From a virus (Duplodnaviria; Caudoviricetes), in IMG/VR virus record IMGVR_UViG_3300037313_000414, positions 1-45,927 of that record: a stretch of DNA of 45,927 bases, one strand, 5' to 3'. The notes beneath the pieces were generated by a model. It was not told the origin of the DNA and searched no databases. It saw only the letters and a list, made by a program, of their open reading frames with translations. Every line of letters begins with the position of its first letter. Position 1 is the stretch's first letter. This document shows positions 26,301 through 35,575 of the stretch, one piece after another. Made by a program: the position numbers and the translations under genes.

Positions 26301-26428
26301 ACAACCGAGCAGTCGTAACCTGTAACGAGGGATTTATCAGCGCACAGATGAGTTATATCGAAGCGGTCAAATTCGCGCATCTGCTGGAAGAGCGCGGAAA
26401 CTATCAGGTAAAGGTGAGGTTGGTATGA
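26297..26428 (+). CDS. Small hypothetical protein (43 aa)
   Basis: Manual translation; coupled to rusA start. Confidence 0.5.
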   Translation: MNNRAVVTCNEGFISAQMSYIEAVKFAHLLEERGNYQVKVRLV

Positions 26429-26841
26429 GGACCATAATCGCAGAATTCCCGATCTACGTAAAACCGATGGGCGCCGTACGCATGACTCAGCGGAGCAAAT
26501 GGAAGGATGAACATGCACAAAAATATCTCAGCTACAAAGACGCGATCGGGTTTGCGGCGAAACAGCACATCAAAGAACCATTGAACAAGCCGATCAGCGT
26601 GAAACTGGCCTTTTACTATCCGATGCCGAAAAAATGGAGCAAGTCCAAGAAAGACGATGCAAACGATCAAGGTATCATGCCGGTGGTGAAGCCGGATATC
26701 GACAACTGTATCAAAGGCGTATTCGATGCGCTGAACAAAATCGCCTGGACTGATGATAACCTCGTGGTCGATGTATGGAGCATGAAACGGTACTCGCACA
26801 AACCAATGATTGCTGTGACAATCGAGGAGGTGATCGCGTGA
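26425..26841 (+). CDS. rusA: RusA-family Holliday junction resolvase
   Basis: KPDIDNCIKGVFDALNKIAWTDDNLVV. Confidence 0.92.
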   Translation: MRTIIAEFPIYVKPMGAVRMTQRSKWKDEHAQKYLSYKDAIGFAAKQHIKEPLNKPISVKLAFYYPMPKKWSKSKKDDANDQGIMPVVKPDIDNCIKGVFDALNKIAWTDDNLVVDVWSMKRYSHKPMIAVTIEEVIA

Positions 26842-27041
26842 AACCACTGGCACACGTCCACTGGCTGGACAACGGCGATGAAAAGTCGGTGCCGCTCTAC
26901 GATCAACAGTCGATTGCATCCGTCACAGCCGGTTTGAGACGCGAGAAAGTCGCCTATTGGGTGTGTATGAACAGCATGGACATCAGAATACCACCTGTAA
27001 CGCAATATACGCCACGTAGAGACACGCTGGCGAGTGGGTAG
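26838..27041 (+). CDS. Hypothetical protein
   Basis: RBS ggaggtg, GTG start overlapping rusA stop. Confidence 0.55.
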   Translation: MKPLAHVHWLDNGDEKSVPLYDQQSIASVTAGLRREKVAYWVCMNSMDIRIPPVTQYTPRRDTLASG

Positions 27042-27100
27042 GGTAAAGACAGCGGTAAGGGATTGAAACGCGTTAGAAACGAAAATAGGAGGTTATTTGC

Positions 27101-27307
27101 ATGGTATTCGAAATCGGAAAATATTACGGTCATCCCAGCGGTGAACAAGTGGCAATCGTAGGAGAGGTTAGCACGACGATGTACGGGGGTTGTCTCGTCG
27201 CAGAATCTAGTTCCAGTCCTGATTTAAAACCATTTGGCAAGGATGAATCGCACGCAGAGAACTGGTTTGAAATAACGCGGGACGAGTGGATGAAAAATTT
27301 CTCTTAG
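27101..27307 (+). CDS. Hypothetical protein
   Basis: RBS aggagg. Confidence 0.7.
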   Translation: MVFEIGKYYGHPSGEQVAIVGEVSTTMYGGCLVAESSSSPDLKPFGKDESHAENWFEITRDEWMKNFS

Positions 27308-27358
27308 GCCGAAGGCCATCGAGCCGACCGAACGACCCAGCGAAAGCGGGGGCCGAAT
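27307..27358 (+). repeat. Dispersed boundary site
   Basis: ggcc-gaa-ggcc-atcgagccgaccgaac-gacccagcgaaagcggg-ggccgaat. Confidence 0.88.
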
Positions 27359-27381
27359 CCAATCTTGAGGAGGTTAAAAAA

Positions 27382-27576
27382 ATGTACACCTATGACATGT
27401 ATAAAAACGCAGACAACGAAGCCAGTAAAGACTTCATCGCAAGAAAAATGGCAGACGAACTGCAATTTTACAAGAACAGGTGTCAAACACTCGAACAAAA
27501 CAAACCCGATCCCCTCAAGGTGCTGGAATTCCGCAAGCCGATGCACCGCATTAAGCCGCCGAATGATGCATCATAA
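27382..27576 (+). CDS. Hypothetical protein
   Basis: RBS gaggagg, ATG 27382. Confidence 0.6.
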   Translation: MYTYDMYKNADNEASKDFIARKMADELQFYKNRCQTLEQNKPDPLKVLEFRKPMHRIKPPNDAS

Positions 27577-27617
27577 AGCACAAAATGTTGGGATAAACCC
27601 GCGCAAGACCTACTAAT

Positions 27618-27628
27618 TGTGGTATAAT
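27618..27628 (+). promoter_or_regulatory. Extended -10 promoter element
   Basis: TGTGGTATAAT upstream of the 27690 gene. Confidence 0.55.
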
Positions 27629-27689
27629 AGGTATTATCTATGAAAGTCAACGGATTAATAAGTAAACATTATAGGAGGCATGGAAAAAG

Positions 27690-28754
27690 ATGAATCGAGA
27701 AGACCTGGAAGCACGTTTAGACGAGGTACAGCAAAACATTTCAATTGAAAAACAGCGCGGCCCGGAGAAGAACGCGGAACAAATCGCCATTTGGGAGCAG
27801 GAAGAAGCGGATATTCTCGCACAGATGGATCAACTGGAGAAGCAGGCCGTATCCGAACAGATCAACCAGGCGCACACGGACCGTGTTACAGCGGCATCAC
27901 AGGAAATTGCATCAATTTTGGATACGATCGAGTTTGAAGGGATGAGCATGCGCCAACTGTGCGCCGGCGAACCGCAGTATCAGGCGCTCCGCATTCTTGC
28001 TCAACAGGCGTACCAAGACCAAGCTCAGAAGTACAGTGACCAACTCCGCGCAGCCGAAGAACGGGAAGCGCAACTCAAACGGCAGAACGATATCCTGCAA
28101 CAACGAATTAACCAATCCGAGACGGAAAAACTGCAGTTGCAGACGGAACTCAACGACCGTGAATCGAAACTGCAGGCGGCAACGAGCGAAATCGACCGGC
28201 TGAACAGTCAGGTGGATGACCTTCGCAAGGAAATCGCAGTCGGCGCACGAAGCGCGGTCAAGGTGCAGGACGTGGATCAACTGACCCAACTTCGCAACCT
28301 GGCGGCAGAGATCAAGGCATCGCTTATCCCGATCTACGACAAGAAAGAAATGGACTTCAAAGGCACACGATACAGCGCGAAGCTGGCGAAAAGCGGGGAA
28401 GAAATCGAATTTTCGTATCTGGAATCGCCAAAGTATTACGAAGTCACACCGGAACAGGTGCTGGACTTTCGTCGCCAATACGAAGCCGAGCAGGCCGAAC
28501 TTGCTGCGCAGAACGATACGAACGATCAGCCACTGGCTGAACCCGAGCAGGGCCATGTAACGGGTGAACAGTTTCAAACCACGGATGAAGTACCGCCCGT
28601 ATTACCAGACGTACAAGCACCCACCGTTGATCGAGAGGTGGCATCAGAGGCGGGAACAGATGCTGTCAGCCGAGAGGAAGTTGACGCACGATTCAAACGG
28701 ATCGAGGAACACTTGGGACTGAAATCCTGGCGTTATGACGGCGAGGTGGCGTAA
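27690..28754 (+). CDS. Long coiled-coil protein
   Basis: Glu/Gln-rich heptads; RBS aggagg. Confidence 0.75.
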   Translation: MNREDLEARLDEVQQNISIEKQRGPEKNAEQIAIWEQEEADILAQMDQLEKQAVSEQINQAHTDRVTAASQEIASILDTIEFEGMSMRQLCAGEPQYQALRILAQQAYQDQAQKYSDQLRAAEEREAQLKRQNDILQQRINQSETEKLQLQTELNDRESKLQAATSEIDRLNSQVDDLRKEIAVGARSAVKVQDVDQLTQLRNLAAEIKASLIPIYDKKEMDFKGTRYSAKLAKSGEEIEFSYLESPKYYEVTPEQVLDFRRQYEAEQAELAAQNDTNDQPLAEPEQGHVTGEQFQTTDEVPPVLPDVQAPTVDREVASEAGTDAVSREEVDARFKRIEEHLGLKSWRYDGEVA

Positions 28755-29012
28755 ATGGAGTTTAAATACGAAATTGATACGAGAGTAAAAACGTCCAGTG
28801 AGCTCGTCATTTATCATACGGATGATGAAAGCGGCGAAGAGTACGAAACCGTTATTCCAGTTGGGGCGAATGGTGTTATCGAATCACATGGCTGGAGCTC
28901 GACAGAGGGATTCAGACCGAGGTATGATGTGCTGTTTAAATTACCGGACAACGAAATATCAGTCTCATTTTTCGAACCTGATTTTGAGGAAAATTGCATC
29001 GTCGAACAGTAG
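28755..29012 (+). CDS. Acidic hypothetical protein
   Basis: RBS gaggtgg; directly follows previous stop. Confidence 0.7.
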   Translation: MEFKYEIDTRVKTSSELVIYHTDDESGEEYETVIPVGANGVIESHGWSSTEGFRPRYDVLFKLPDNEISVSFFEPDFEENCIVEQ

Positions 29013-29020
29013 CAGTTGAG

Positions 29021-29072
29021 GGCCGAAGGGCATCGAATCGACCGCATTACCCAGCGACAGCGGGGGCCGTAT
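29021..29072 (+). repeat. Dispersed boundary site
   Basis: ggccgaaggg-catcgaatcgaccgcat-tacccagcgacagcggg-ggccgtat. Confidence 0.85.
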
Positions 29073-29121
29073 AGGTCTATAGCAATAGGTCTATCGGTCC
29101 CTATAGGAGGGGAATAGAACA

Positions 29122-29355
29122 ATGTCAACCATTTGCACAAGTTGCAGAGGAACAGGATATAGCGACTACCTTGAAGACAAGGACACGATATGCCTCACAT
29201 GCGGAGGAATTGGCACATTAGCAGTCGCACAAGTGCCAAGGAATCCGTTTGACTGGATGCAGTCGTGGGTGGATGCTTACGAACGAAACGTGGGAGACGG
29301 AAAGGCGAAAGCGTTTATCGAATGGGTTAACAATCAGCCAATGGCCGCAGGATAA
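29122..29355 (+). CDS. Small CxxCxGxG Zn-finger protein
   Basis: CTSCRGTG...CLTCGGIG. Confidence 0.7.
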   Translation: MSTICTSCRGTGYSDYLEDKDTICLTCGGIGTLAVAQVPRNPFDWMQSWVDAYERNVGDGKAKAFIEWVNNQPMAAG

Positions 29356-29451
29356 GCGGCAGGAGGGGAATAGAGAAGTGAAAATATTCTGGAAGGGATA
29401 TCATCCGCCTTATTGGTATCGATACTTCAAGGGGGAGAGGAGGAACAGAAC

Positions 29452-29631
29452 ATGATGGATAAAGAAGTAAAAGATAAATTCGATTATGTGGCGGAGGCGA
29501 TAAAAATAACCACGATTGAACTCGCCACACTTAAAACGGTACTTACGGCAAAAGGAGTGTTCACAAACGAAGAATACGAAAAGGTGGCAAAGGAAGTCGA
29601 AGCACTAACCACTAAGTCGTTCGGATTTTGA
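29452..29631 (+). CDS. Small hypothetical protein
   Basis: RBS aggagg, ATG 29452. Confidence 0.6.
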   Translation: MMDKEVKDKFDYVAEAIKITTIELATLKTVLTAKGVFTNEEYEKVAKEVEALTTKSFGF

Positions 29632-29690
29632 AATAGTTTCGGCAATCGTCCGGCATGACACCGAAACTAACACATAGGAGATGGTCCGGC

Positions 29691-30113
29691 ATGACTGATT
29701 GGAGAACAACGTACCACGACTTATGCAGGGAAATCGAAATATTGGAACTCCGCGCATCGGACTTGGAATTCCAAATGCGTATCGCCAAATCCATCTGCTT
29801 CCGGGGATTCGTAACCGACCAATATAGCCGCATACCGTTGGACAAGGCGCTGAACAAATATGACGACGTAAAAGACGAACTACTCGCGGTAGTAGCGATG
29901 CTGGAACACAAACAGCAGACCAAACGTGAGATTGAGAAGAGGATGAGCGAGTTTGACGGACTGGAATATCAAGTTGCGTACCGGCGCGATGTACTCCGGC
30001 AACCACTCGATGAGATCGCGGATGACCTGGGGTACAGCTACAACTGGATCATGAAAGTGAGTGCGAGGACGACATTCCGCGCAAAAGGCAGAAAGAAGGC
30101 AGAAACGGCGTGA
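29691..30113 (+). CDS. Late transcriptional activator (RinA/ArpU-like, sigma region-4-type HTH)
   Basis: LEYQVAYRRDV..QPLDEIADDLGYSYNWI; position before the packaging genes. Confidence 0.7.
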   Translation: MTDWRTTYHDLCREIEILELRASDLEFQMRIAKSICFRGFVTDQYSRIPLDKALNKYDDVKDELLAVVAMLEHKQQTKREIEKRMSEFDGLEYQVAYRRDVLRQPLDEIADDLGYSYNWIMKVSARTTFRAKGRKKAETA

Positions 30114-30250
30114 TCGGACGTGATAAAATGATATTAGGTTAGTTCATGCCGGACGAACCGAGCGAAAGGCGATTGCATAGCGCAGTCGTCTTTTTCTTTT
30201 GGAGACAAGTGCATAAGCGCATCTCGAATAAAACGAAGAGGATGAGGACG

Positions 30251-30640
30251 ATGAGTATTAGGACGTTCGAAGGTGAATCGTGGATTTGCGGCTGGTTCAA
30301 TCGGCACACAGGTAGTTTGGTTGACGTACAACAATACAGCACAGAAGAAGGGGCAAAACAGTGTGCCGAGACGTTTCGCGGCATTTACCAAACGTTTGTC
30401 GGTCGTATCGAGGACGTAACGGATTGGGAAAGTGCATCGAAATGTGATGAGGCCGAAATGGAACCAATAGATAAATATAACGAATCTACGGTAAAATCGA
30501 TCGTTGATGATATGAGATACGAATATGCGCAATATTTGCAAATCCTTATCGAAGCGCAAAAAGCCGGTCATGACTGCCACGCGGAAATGAACGAAACAAT
30601 CAAAGCGCTTCACGGCCTTATCTTCGCGAAAACGGCGTAA
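30251..30640 (+). CDS. Hypothetical protein
   Basis: ORF with gagg RBS; followed by a terminator. Confidence 0.65.
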   Translation: MSIRTFEGESWICGWFNRHTGSLVDVQQYSTEEGAKQCAETFRGIYQTFVGRIEDVTDWESASKCDEAEMEPIDKYNESTVKSIVDDMRYEYAQYLQILIEAQKAGHDCHAEMNETIKALHGLIFAKTA

Positions 30641-30646
30641 ACATAT

Positions 30647-30675
30647 GGGCGGTGCGATACCGCCCTTTATCTTTT
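30647..30675 (+). terminator. Rho-independent terminator
   Basis: gggcggt-gcgat-accgccc-tttatctttt. Confidence 0.7.
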
Positions 30676-30733
30676 GCAACGCAGTTGCCATCGAGATCGA
30701 CCGAATCCACGCAGGCGAAGCCGGTGGCCGTAT
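30676..30733 (+). repeat. Dispersed boundary site (last copy before the packaging module)
   Basis: gcaac-gca-gttgc-catcgagatcgaccgaat-ccacgcaggcgaagccggt-ggccgtat. Confidence 0.88.
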
Positions 30734-30833
30734 ATGGATCTTCTCATCCTACTAATATGTCTTATCCTCGCAATAATCATATATCGGTGGTATTGGCTAT
30801 GGCTAATCAGACAAGAACGAAAGGAGGAAGACA

Positions 30834-31052
30834 ATGACGAGGACATGTAACCACATCGGATGCTCAAACGAGGCAACGCATGAAATATGGGGAACAGCAG
30901 ACAGATACGATTACACAGACGTATGCGCAGATCACATCGACACGTACCGTATCGAAAATGACGAGGTTCTGCCGATCGGGTCAGAAGGGGTGACATTGGC
31001 GGGAATTCCTTTCGATAAGTTGCAGATATTGAATAATCATGCAGGATTCTAA
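30834..31052 (+). CDS. Small Cys/His hypothetical protein
   Basis: RBS aaaggagg. Confidence 0.65.
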   Translation: MTRTCNHIGCSNEATHEIWGTADRYDYTDVCADHIDTYRIENDEVLPIGSEGVTLAGIPFDKLQILNNHAGF

Positions 31053-31140
31053 GTATTAAAACGGAAAAGTGCTGGAATTTGCGGGATCATATCCTGAATC
31101 TTGCATAAATGAATGAATGAACCATTGGAGGTGAATCGAT

Positions 31141-31608
31141 ATGGCAGACCAGTCACCAGGCAGACCGTTGAAATTTAAGTCTGCCAAAGAACTACAGAAG
31201 AAGATCGATGAATATTTCGAATCGTGTTTCGAGGAATGGTGGTACCAAGATAAACAGGGAAACTGGCACCAGAATCTCGATCGCAACGGAGAACCGTTGA
31301 AGATACAAAAGCGTCCGTTCACGATATCGGGACTTGCGCTCCACCTCGGAACATCACGGCAAACGTTAATCAACTACGAGGAAAAGCAAGAATATTTTGA
31401 CACGATAAAAAACGCGAAGGCTCGAATTGAAAATTATACAGAAGAACAGCTATTCAACGCTGAAGCAAAGAACATGACCGGAATCATCTTCAATCTAAAA
31501 AATAATTACGGGCAATGGGCGGATAAACAGGAACTCGAACACAGCGGTGACGTTGCATTCGTCGTGAACCGCAAGAGGGTGACTCAGGATGACGGCGGTG
31601 ACAATTGA
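31141..31608 (+). CDS. terS: Terminase small subunit (P22 gp3-like DNA-packaging family)
   Basis: GRPLKFKSAKELQKKIDEYF, PFTISGLALHLG, IFNLKNN; upstream of TerL. Confidence 0.88.
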   Translation: MADQSPGRPLKFKSAKELQKKIDEYFESCFEEWWYQDKQGNWHQNLDRNGEPLKIQKRPFTISGLALHLGTSRQTLINYEEKQEYFDTIKNAKARIENYTEEQLFNAEAKNMTGIIFNLKNNYGQWADKQELEHSGDVAFVVNRKRVTQDDGGDN

Positions 31609-33082
31609 TATTGATGTAGATGACATCATGAACGCGTGGTCACATCCGATATTGGATGATACCAGCCGCTACCTCGTTCTGTATGGTGGAGCTGGATCGG
31701 GTAAATCTGTAGCGGCGGCACAAAAAATCATCATTCGGATGTTGGAAGAAAAGGGCCATAAATTCCTCGTTGTACGGAAAGTAGCGAATACACTTCGTAA
31801 CTCGGTATTTTCCCTATTACGGGGAACGGTCGCGGACTGGGGATTGTCGGAGCTCTTCAAAATCAACAAGAGCGATATGGACATAACCTGCCGGAACGGG
31901 AATCAAATCATATTCGCCGGTCTGGATGACGTGGAGAAGCTGAAATCCATTCACGGGATTACCGGCATGTGGCTGGAAGAAGCAAGCGAGATGTTGCAGG
32001 AGGATTTTCAGCAGCTGGATTTGCGCTTACGCGGTCAGACGCGGAATTACAAACAAATCATCATATCGTTTAATCCGATCTCAATCACACATTGGTTGAA
32101 GATCGTTTTTTTTGATTCCAAGAAGCCAAACAGCACCGTGGTTCACACGACATACCGCGACAACATGTTCATTGACGATGAATACAAAGCAACACTCGAA
32201 TCACTCAAGGAGCAAGACCCATACTACTACACTGTCTACGCGCTCGGGGAATGGGGTGTACTCGGTCAAACGGTTTTCAACGCACAGATTGTCACCGAAC
32301 GCATCGTGTGGCTGAAACAGGCGAATAGGACGGTTAAACGCGGTTCATTCGTGTTCGAATATGTGAATGAACAGATCATTCCGAATTCGATTAAATTCAT
32401 ACCGGATGAAAACGGACCATTGACGATATACGAGGAACCGCAGAAGGATCACCCGTACGTTATCGGCGGGGATATAGCCGAGGGTGGATTTGATTACAGC
32501 GTAGGACAGGTCAGGAACAACATCACTTGGAACCAAGCGGCGGTTTGGCGCGGAAGAGTGGACACGGACTTGTACGCGAAGCAAATGTACTGCCTCGGTC
32601 ACTATTACAATAAGGCATTAATCGGAATCGAGAGTAATTTCGATACCCATCCACATAAAGAGATGGAACGCCTTCACTACCCCAAGCAGTACATGCGGGA
32701 AACGATCGATAAATTCACGTTTACTGCTCAACAAAAGTTTGGGTTTGTCACAAGCAAGATCACAAGGCCGATTATTATCGCGTCATATGTGCAGTTGGTG
32801 CGCGAACACATCGAGACATTTAACGACATTCCGACGCTTGAGGAAATGCTTGTATTTGTCCGCGATGAGAAAGGTAAGCCGCAGGCGCAGGATGGGATGC
32901 ACGACGATCTAATCATGGCGGATGCAATTTGTCAGGAAGTGCGCGGACAACAAACCACACTTATGCCCAAGTCGCAGCCAAGCCTGAAAGACCTGCCGAA
33001 GGACTTACAGGAGGACTACTGGAAAGCATCGCCGGATATGCGGAAGTATCTAGAAGATAAATGGGGATTAAAAACGGGGTGA
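31589..33082 (+). CDS. terL: Terminase large subunit (PBSX-type)
   Basis: Walker A YGGAGSGKS, Walker B WLEEASE, SFNP, nuclease HDDLIMA. Confidence 0.95.
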   Translation: MTAVTIDIDVDDIMNAWSHPILDDTSRYLVLYGGAGSGKSVAAAQKIIIRMLEEKGHKFLVVRKVANTLRNSVFSLLRGTVADWGLSELFKINKSDMDITCRNGNQIIFAGLDDVEKLKSIHGITGMWLEEASEMLQEDFQQLDLRLRGQTRNYKQIIISFNPISITHWLKIVFFDSKKPNSTVVHTTYRDNMFIDDEYKATLESLKEQDPYYYTVYALGEWGVLGQTVFNAQIVTERIVWLKQANRTVKRGSFVFEYVNEQIIPNSIKFIPDENGPLTIYEEPQKDHPYVIGGDIAEGGFDYSVGQVRNNITWNQAAVWRGRVDTDLYAKQMYCLGHYYNKALIGIESNFDTHPHKEMERLHYPKQYMRETIDKFTFTAQQKFGFVTSKITRPIIIASYVQLVREHIETFNDIPTLEEMLVFVRDEKGKPQAQDGMHDDLIMADAICQEVRGQQTTLMPKSQPSLKDLPKDLQEDYWKASPDMRKYLEDKWGLKTG

Positions 33083-33086
33083 AATC

Positions 33087-33263
33087 ATGTATGACAACCT
33101 GAGCGATAAAGAGTTTATTGACGTTGTGGCTAAAGCCTTGGAACGGACACCGAGAGAGGGGAAAGAAGAAGATAATCCAGAGGGCGTTAGATACATCACT
33201 ATAAGCGACACACTGGCGACTAAAATTTCTGTGAGACTAAAGAAGATAGCTGAACGGATGTGA
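33087..33263 (+). CDS. Small hypothetical protein (58 aa) between terL and portal
   Basis: Manual translation MYDNLSDKEFIDVV...; RBS ggggtg. Confidence 0.55.
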   Translation: MYDNLSDKEFIDVVAKALERTPREGKEEDNPEGVRYITISDTLATKISVRLKKIAERM

Positions 33264-33267
33264 CCGC

Positions 33268-35277
33268 ATGGGAATCATAAAGGATGTGATGAAGCGCGTG
33301 AAAAAAACGGTGCAACAGGCGACGAAACAAAAGAAGCTGTCCATGTGGCAGGAACGATTGGAAGCCGCAAAAAGCGGTCAGGATATCGAACTCATGGACA
33401 AGCGTGAATATTTATACTTGGGCGATCGGACGGTCGATAAGAACGTCAATGCTACAACAACGCCAAGTAAAAAGTCCAACAATATCTGGAATATCATATT
33501 CGAGTTTACCGAATCCCAGGTTAACAAACAGATTCCCATGCCCACGGTCAAGAGTAAGCGCGAAGGATTCGACCAGGAAGCGCAGATGATCGCGGATTCC
33601 ATCGCCAACGACCTTCGCGAATCGGACATTGAGCAAATCGATGACCGGAATGAGCGGATCACACCGATACAAGGCTTTTCCATTGTCGAAGTCGCCTGGA
33701 ACCCGGACTATAAGCATCATCTGTACCGTGGCGAGATTGAGATGATCGGCAGGCACCCGAAGCAGTTAGTCCCGCAGCCGAAAGTATACAATCTGCAGAA
33801 GATGGACTATTTCTTTATCCTGTCAGACGTGACGAAAGATTACGTCAAGCGGCGTTACAAAAAAGACTTATCCGGGGAGGAAGAACAATACCCGGAGAAT
33901 ACGCGGCTGTTCGATGACGATCAATCTGCTGTTAACTCGGAAACAAAGCGAAGCGGTGCGAGTGAGACCGAAAACGAGCCGCTGACGGAGATCGTCTGTT
34001 GGTACAAGGACGAGGATGGGGATGTCTGCAAGTACGTCTGGATCAACGATACCGAGCTGGAGAACTTGCCGAAGTTCTTTTTCCGCAGAATTAAAGGGGA
34101 GATCGCCGAGTTTGAAACGTTGGAACGCGATGTGGTGAACGCGAACGGTGAAATCATCGCCAGAGCCGGTGAGAAGGTGCCGTATTTCGTTCCACAACGG
34201 TATCCCGTGTCCATTCGTATCAACGTACCGCGTAACTTCGCATTTGGTGGACAGTCTGACCTGGACATTATCCGCGATCAGCAGGATTCTATTAAGCGCG
34301 TGGTACACAAGATGGAAGAGAAGTTGGTCAAGGGCGGCACGATCATCAAGGCGCAAGACGATCACACGACATTCAACATCACCGATGAGATATATCAAAT
34401 CGTTCGCGGTTCGCCGCAACAATTAGCGCAAATCGGTACGCTTGACCTGACAGCGGATATCTCGAAGGACATTCAATTCGTCCAGGAGCAGTACCGCATC
34501 GCACAGTCCATGCTGGGGATTACGAACAGTTTCCAAGGGAAAGAAGATCCCACGGCCAAGAGTGGACGGGCGAAGCAGATTCAAGTCCAGCAGGCGTCCG
34601 GTCGATTACAGTCCAAACAGTTTAACAAGATGATCCACTACAAAGAATTGTTCCAGATCATATTCGAACTCAAAATTGCCTTTTACGATGAAATTCGGCC
34701 TTATCTGGCGCAGGATGAGACGGGCGGCGATATGTTCGGGGAGTTTGATAAGTACCGGCTTCTCATGCGGGATAAGAAAGGTAATCTGTTCTGGAATACG
34801 GACTTCATATTCGGAACGGATGGGAACTACGGTCTGCCAAAAGACCCGATGTTCATGTACGAGCAGACGATGGCGCTGTTCCAGGCACAGGCAATCGATA
34901 TCCCGCAATTATGGATGATCCTCGAAGGTCTGCAATTCCCGCAGGCGGCGAAGATCAAAAAGCAGTGGGAAGAGAAGATGAACCAACAGGCACAAATAGT
35001 GCAGATGGGACAGCAGATGCAGGAGAGCGAACAGGAACGCGCTGTATTGGAAGAACAGGTGCGGCAACTGGTCGATATGCTCCATCAAGCCGAGCAGGGG
35101 AATATGCAGTCTGAAGCGGAAACGTTGCGTCAACTCAACGAAGGGCAACGAATGGACTTCGAACACAGTCAGGCGCAGCAGGATAAGGAACATCAACGGC
35201 AGATGGATATGGCAAAACTGCAGCTGGAAGCACAGAAAATTGATGCCATGAAGCAAAAACAATTAGTTGGGAAGTGA
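33268..35277 (+). CDS. Portal protein (large, P22-like, Gln-rich C-terminal coiled coil)
   Basis: Position after TerL, 669 aa, GITNSFQG...SGRAKQI segment, helical tail. Confidence 0.82.
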   Translation: MGIIKDVMKRVKKTVQQATKQKKLSMWQERLEAAKSGQDIELMDKREYLYLGDRTVDKNVNATTTPSKKSNNIWNIIFEFTESQVNKQIPMPTVKSKREGFDQEAQMIADSIANDLRESDIEQIDDRNERITPIQGFSIVEVAWNPDYKHHLYRGEIEMIGRHPKQLVPQPKVYNLQKMDYFFILSDVTKDYVKRRYKKDLSGEEEQYPENTRLFDDDQSAVNSETKRSGASETENEPLTEIVCWYKDEDGDVCKYVWINDTELENLPKFFFRRIKGEIAEFETLERDVVNANGEIIARAGEKVPYFVPQRYPVSIRINVPRNFAFGGQSDLDIIRDQQDSIKRVVHKMEEKLVKGGTIIKAQDDHTTFNITDEIYQIVRGSPQQLAQIGTLDLTADISKDIQFVQEQYRIAQSMLGITNSFQGKEDPTAKSGRAKQIQVQQASGRLQSKQFNKMIHYKELFQIIFELKIAFYDEIRPYLAQDETGGDMFGEFDKYRLLMRDKKGNLFWNTDFIFGTDGNYGLPKDPMFMYEQTMALFQAQAIDIPQLWMILEGLQFPQAAKIKKQWEEKMNQQAQIVQMGQQMQESEQERAVLEEQVRQLVDMLHQAEQGNMQSEAETLRQLNEGQRMDFEHSQAQQDKEHQRQMDMAKLQLEAQKIDAMKQKQLVGK

Positions 35278-35281
35278 TGCC

Positions 35282-35512
35282 ATGCCGCGAATGAAGCCTT
35301 ACACCGAAATTGGTATACGGCGGTTAAAGTGTTTTAGGTGCGGATCAAGGGCACAGTTTCAATGGCAGATATGTTCAGATGGCAACATTTACAGACCGGT
35401 TTGTATGTCTTGTGATATTGAGTTAAACGAGATCGTGCTACAGTGGGCAAGATTCCCTGATTGGAAAGAAAAGATTGATAGATACAAGAGAGAAAAGCAG
35501 GGCATTGGCTGA
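35282..35512 (+). CDS. Small Zn-finger protein
   Basis: CFRCG...CMSCD. Confidence 0.6.
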   Translation: MPRMKPYTEIGIRRLKCFRCGSRAQFQWQICSDGNIYRPVCMSCDIELNEIVLQWARFPDWKEKIDRYKREKQGIG

Positions 35513-35534
35513 GACGCTGATGCCCTCTCTTATT
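35499..35534 (+). terminator. Terminator-like hairpin
   Basis: agggcattggc...gctgatgccct then pyrimidine tail. Confidence 0.45.
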
Positions 35535-35575
35535 GCCATTTTCGGGCACAGATCACAGGAAAGGTGGTGAGACAC

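Noticed and set aside
7223-30733. Dispersed sites as a CRISPR array or classical integron attC array
   Set aside because: Spacing is hundreds to thousands of bp with whole genes between, and orientation is mixed. No cas genes, no tyrosine recombinase and no RYYYAAC/GTTRRRY boxes were seen.
7223-30733. Dispersed sites as ordinary intrinsic terminators
   Set aside because: Stems are very short, no U-tract follows, and the 30676 copy sits right after a separate real terminator.
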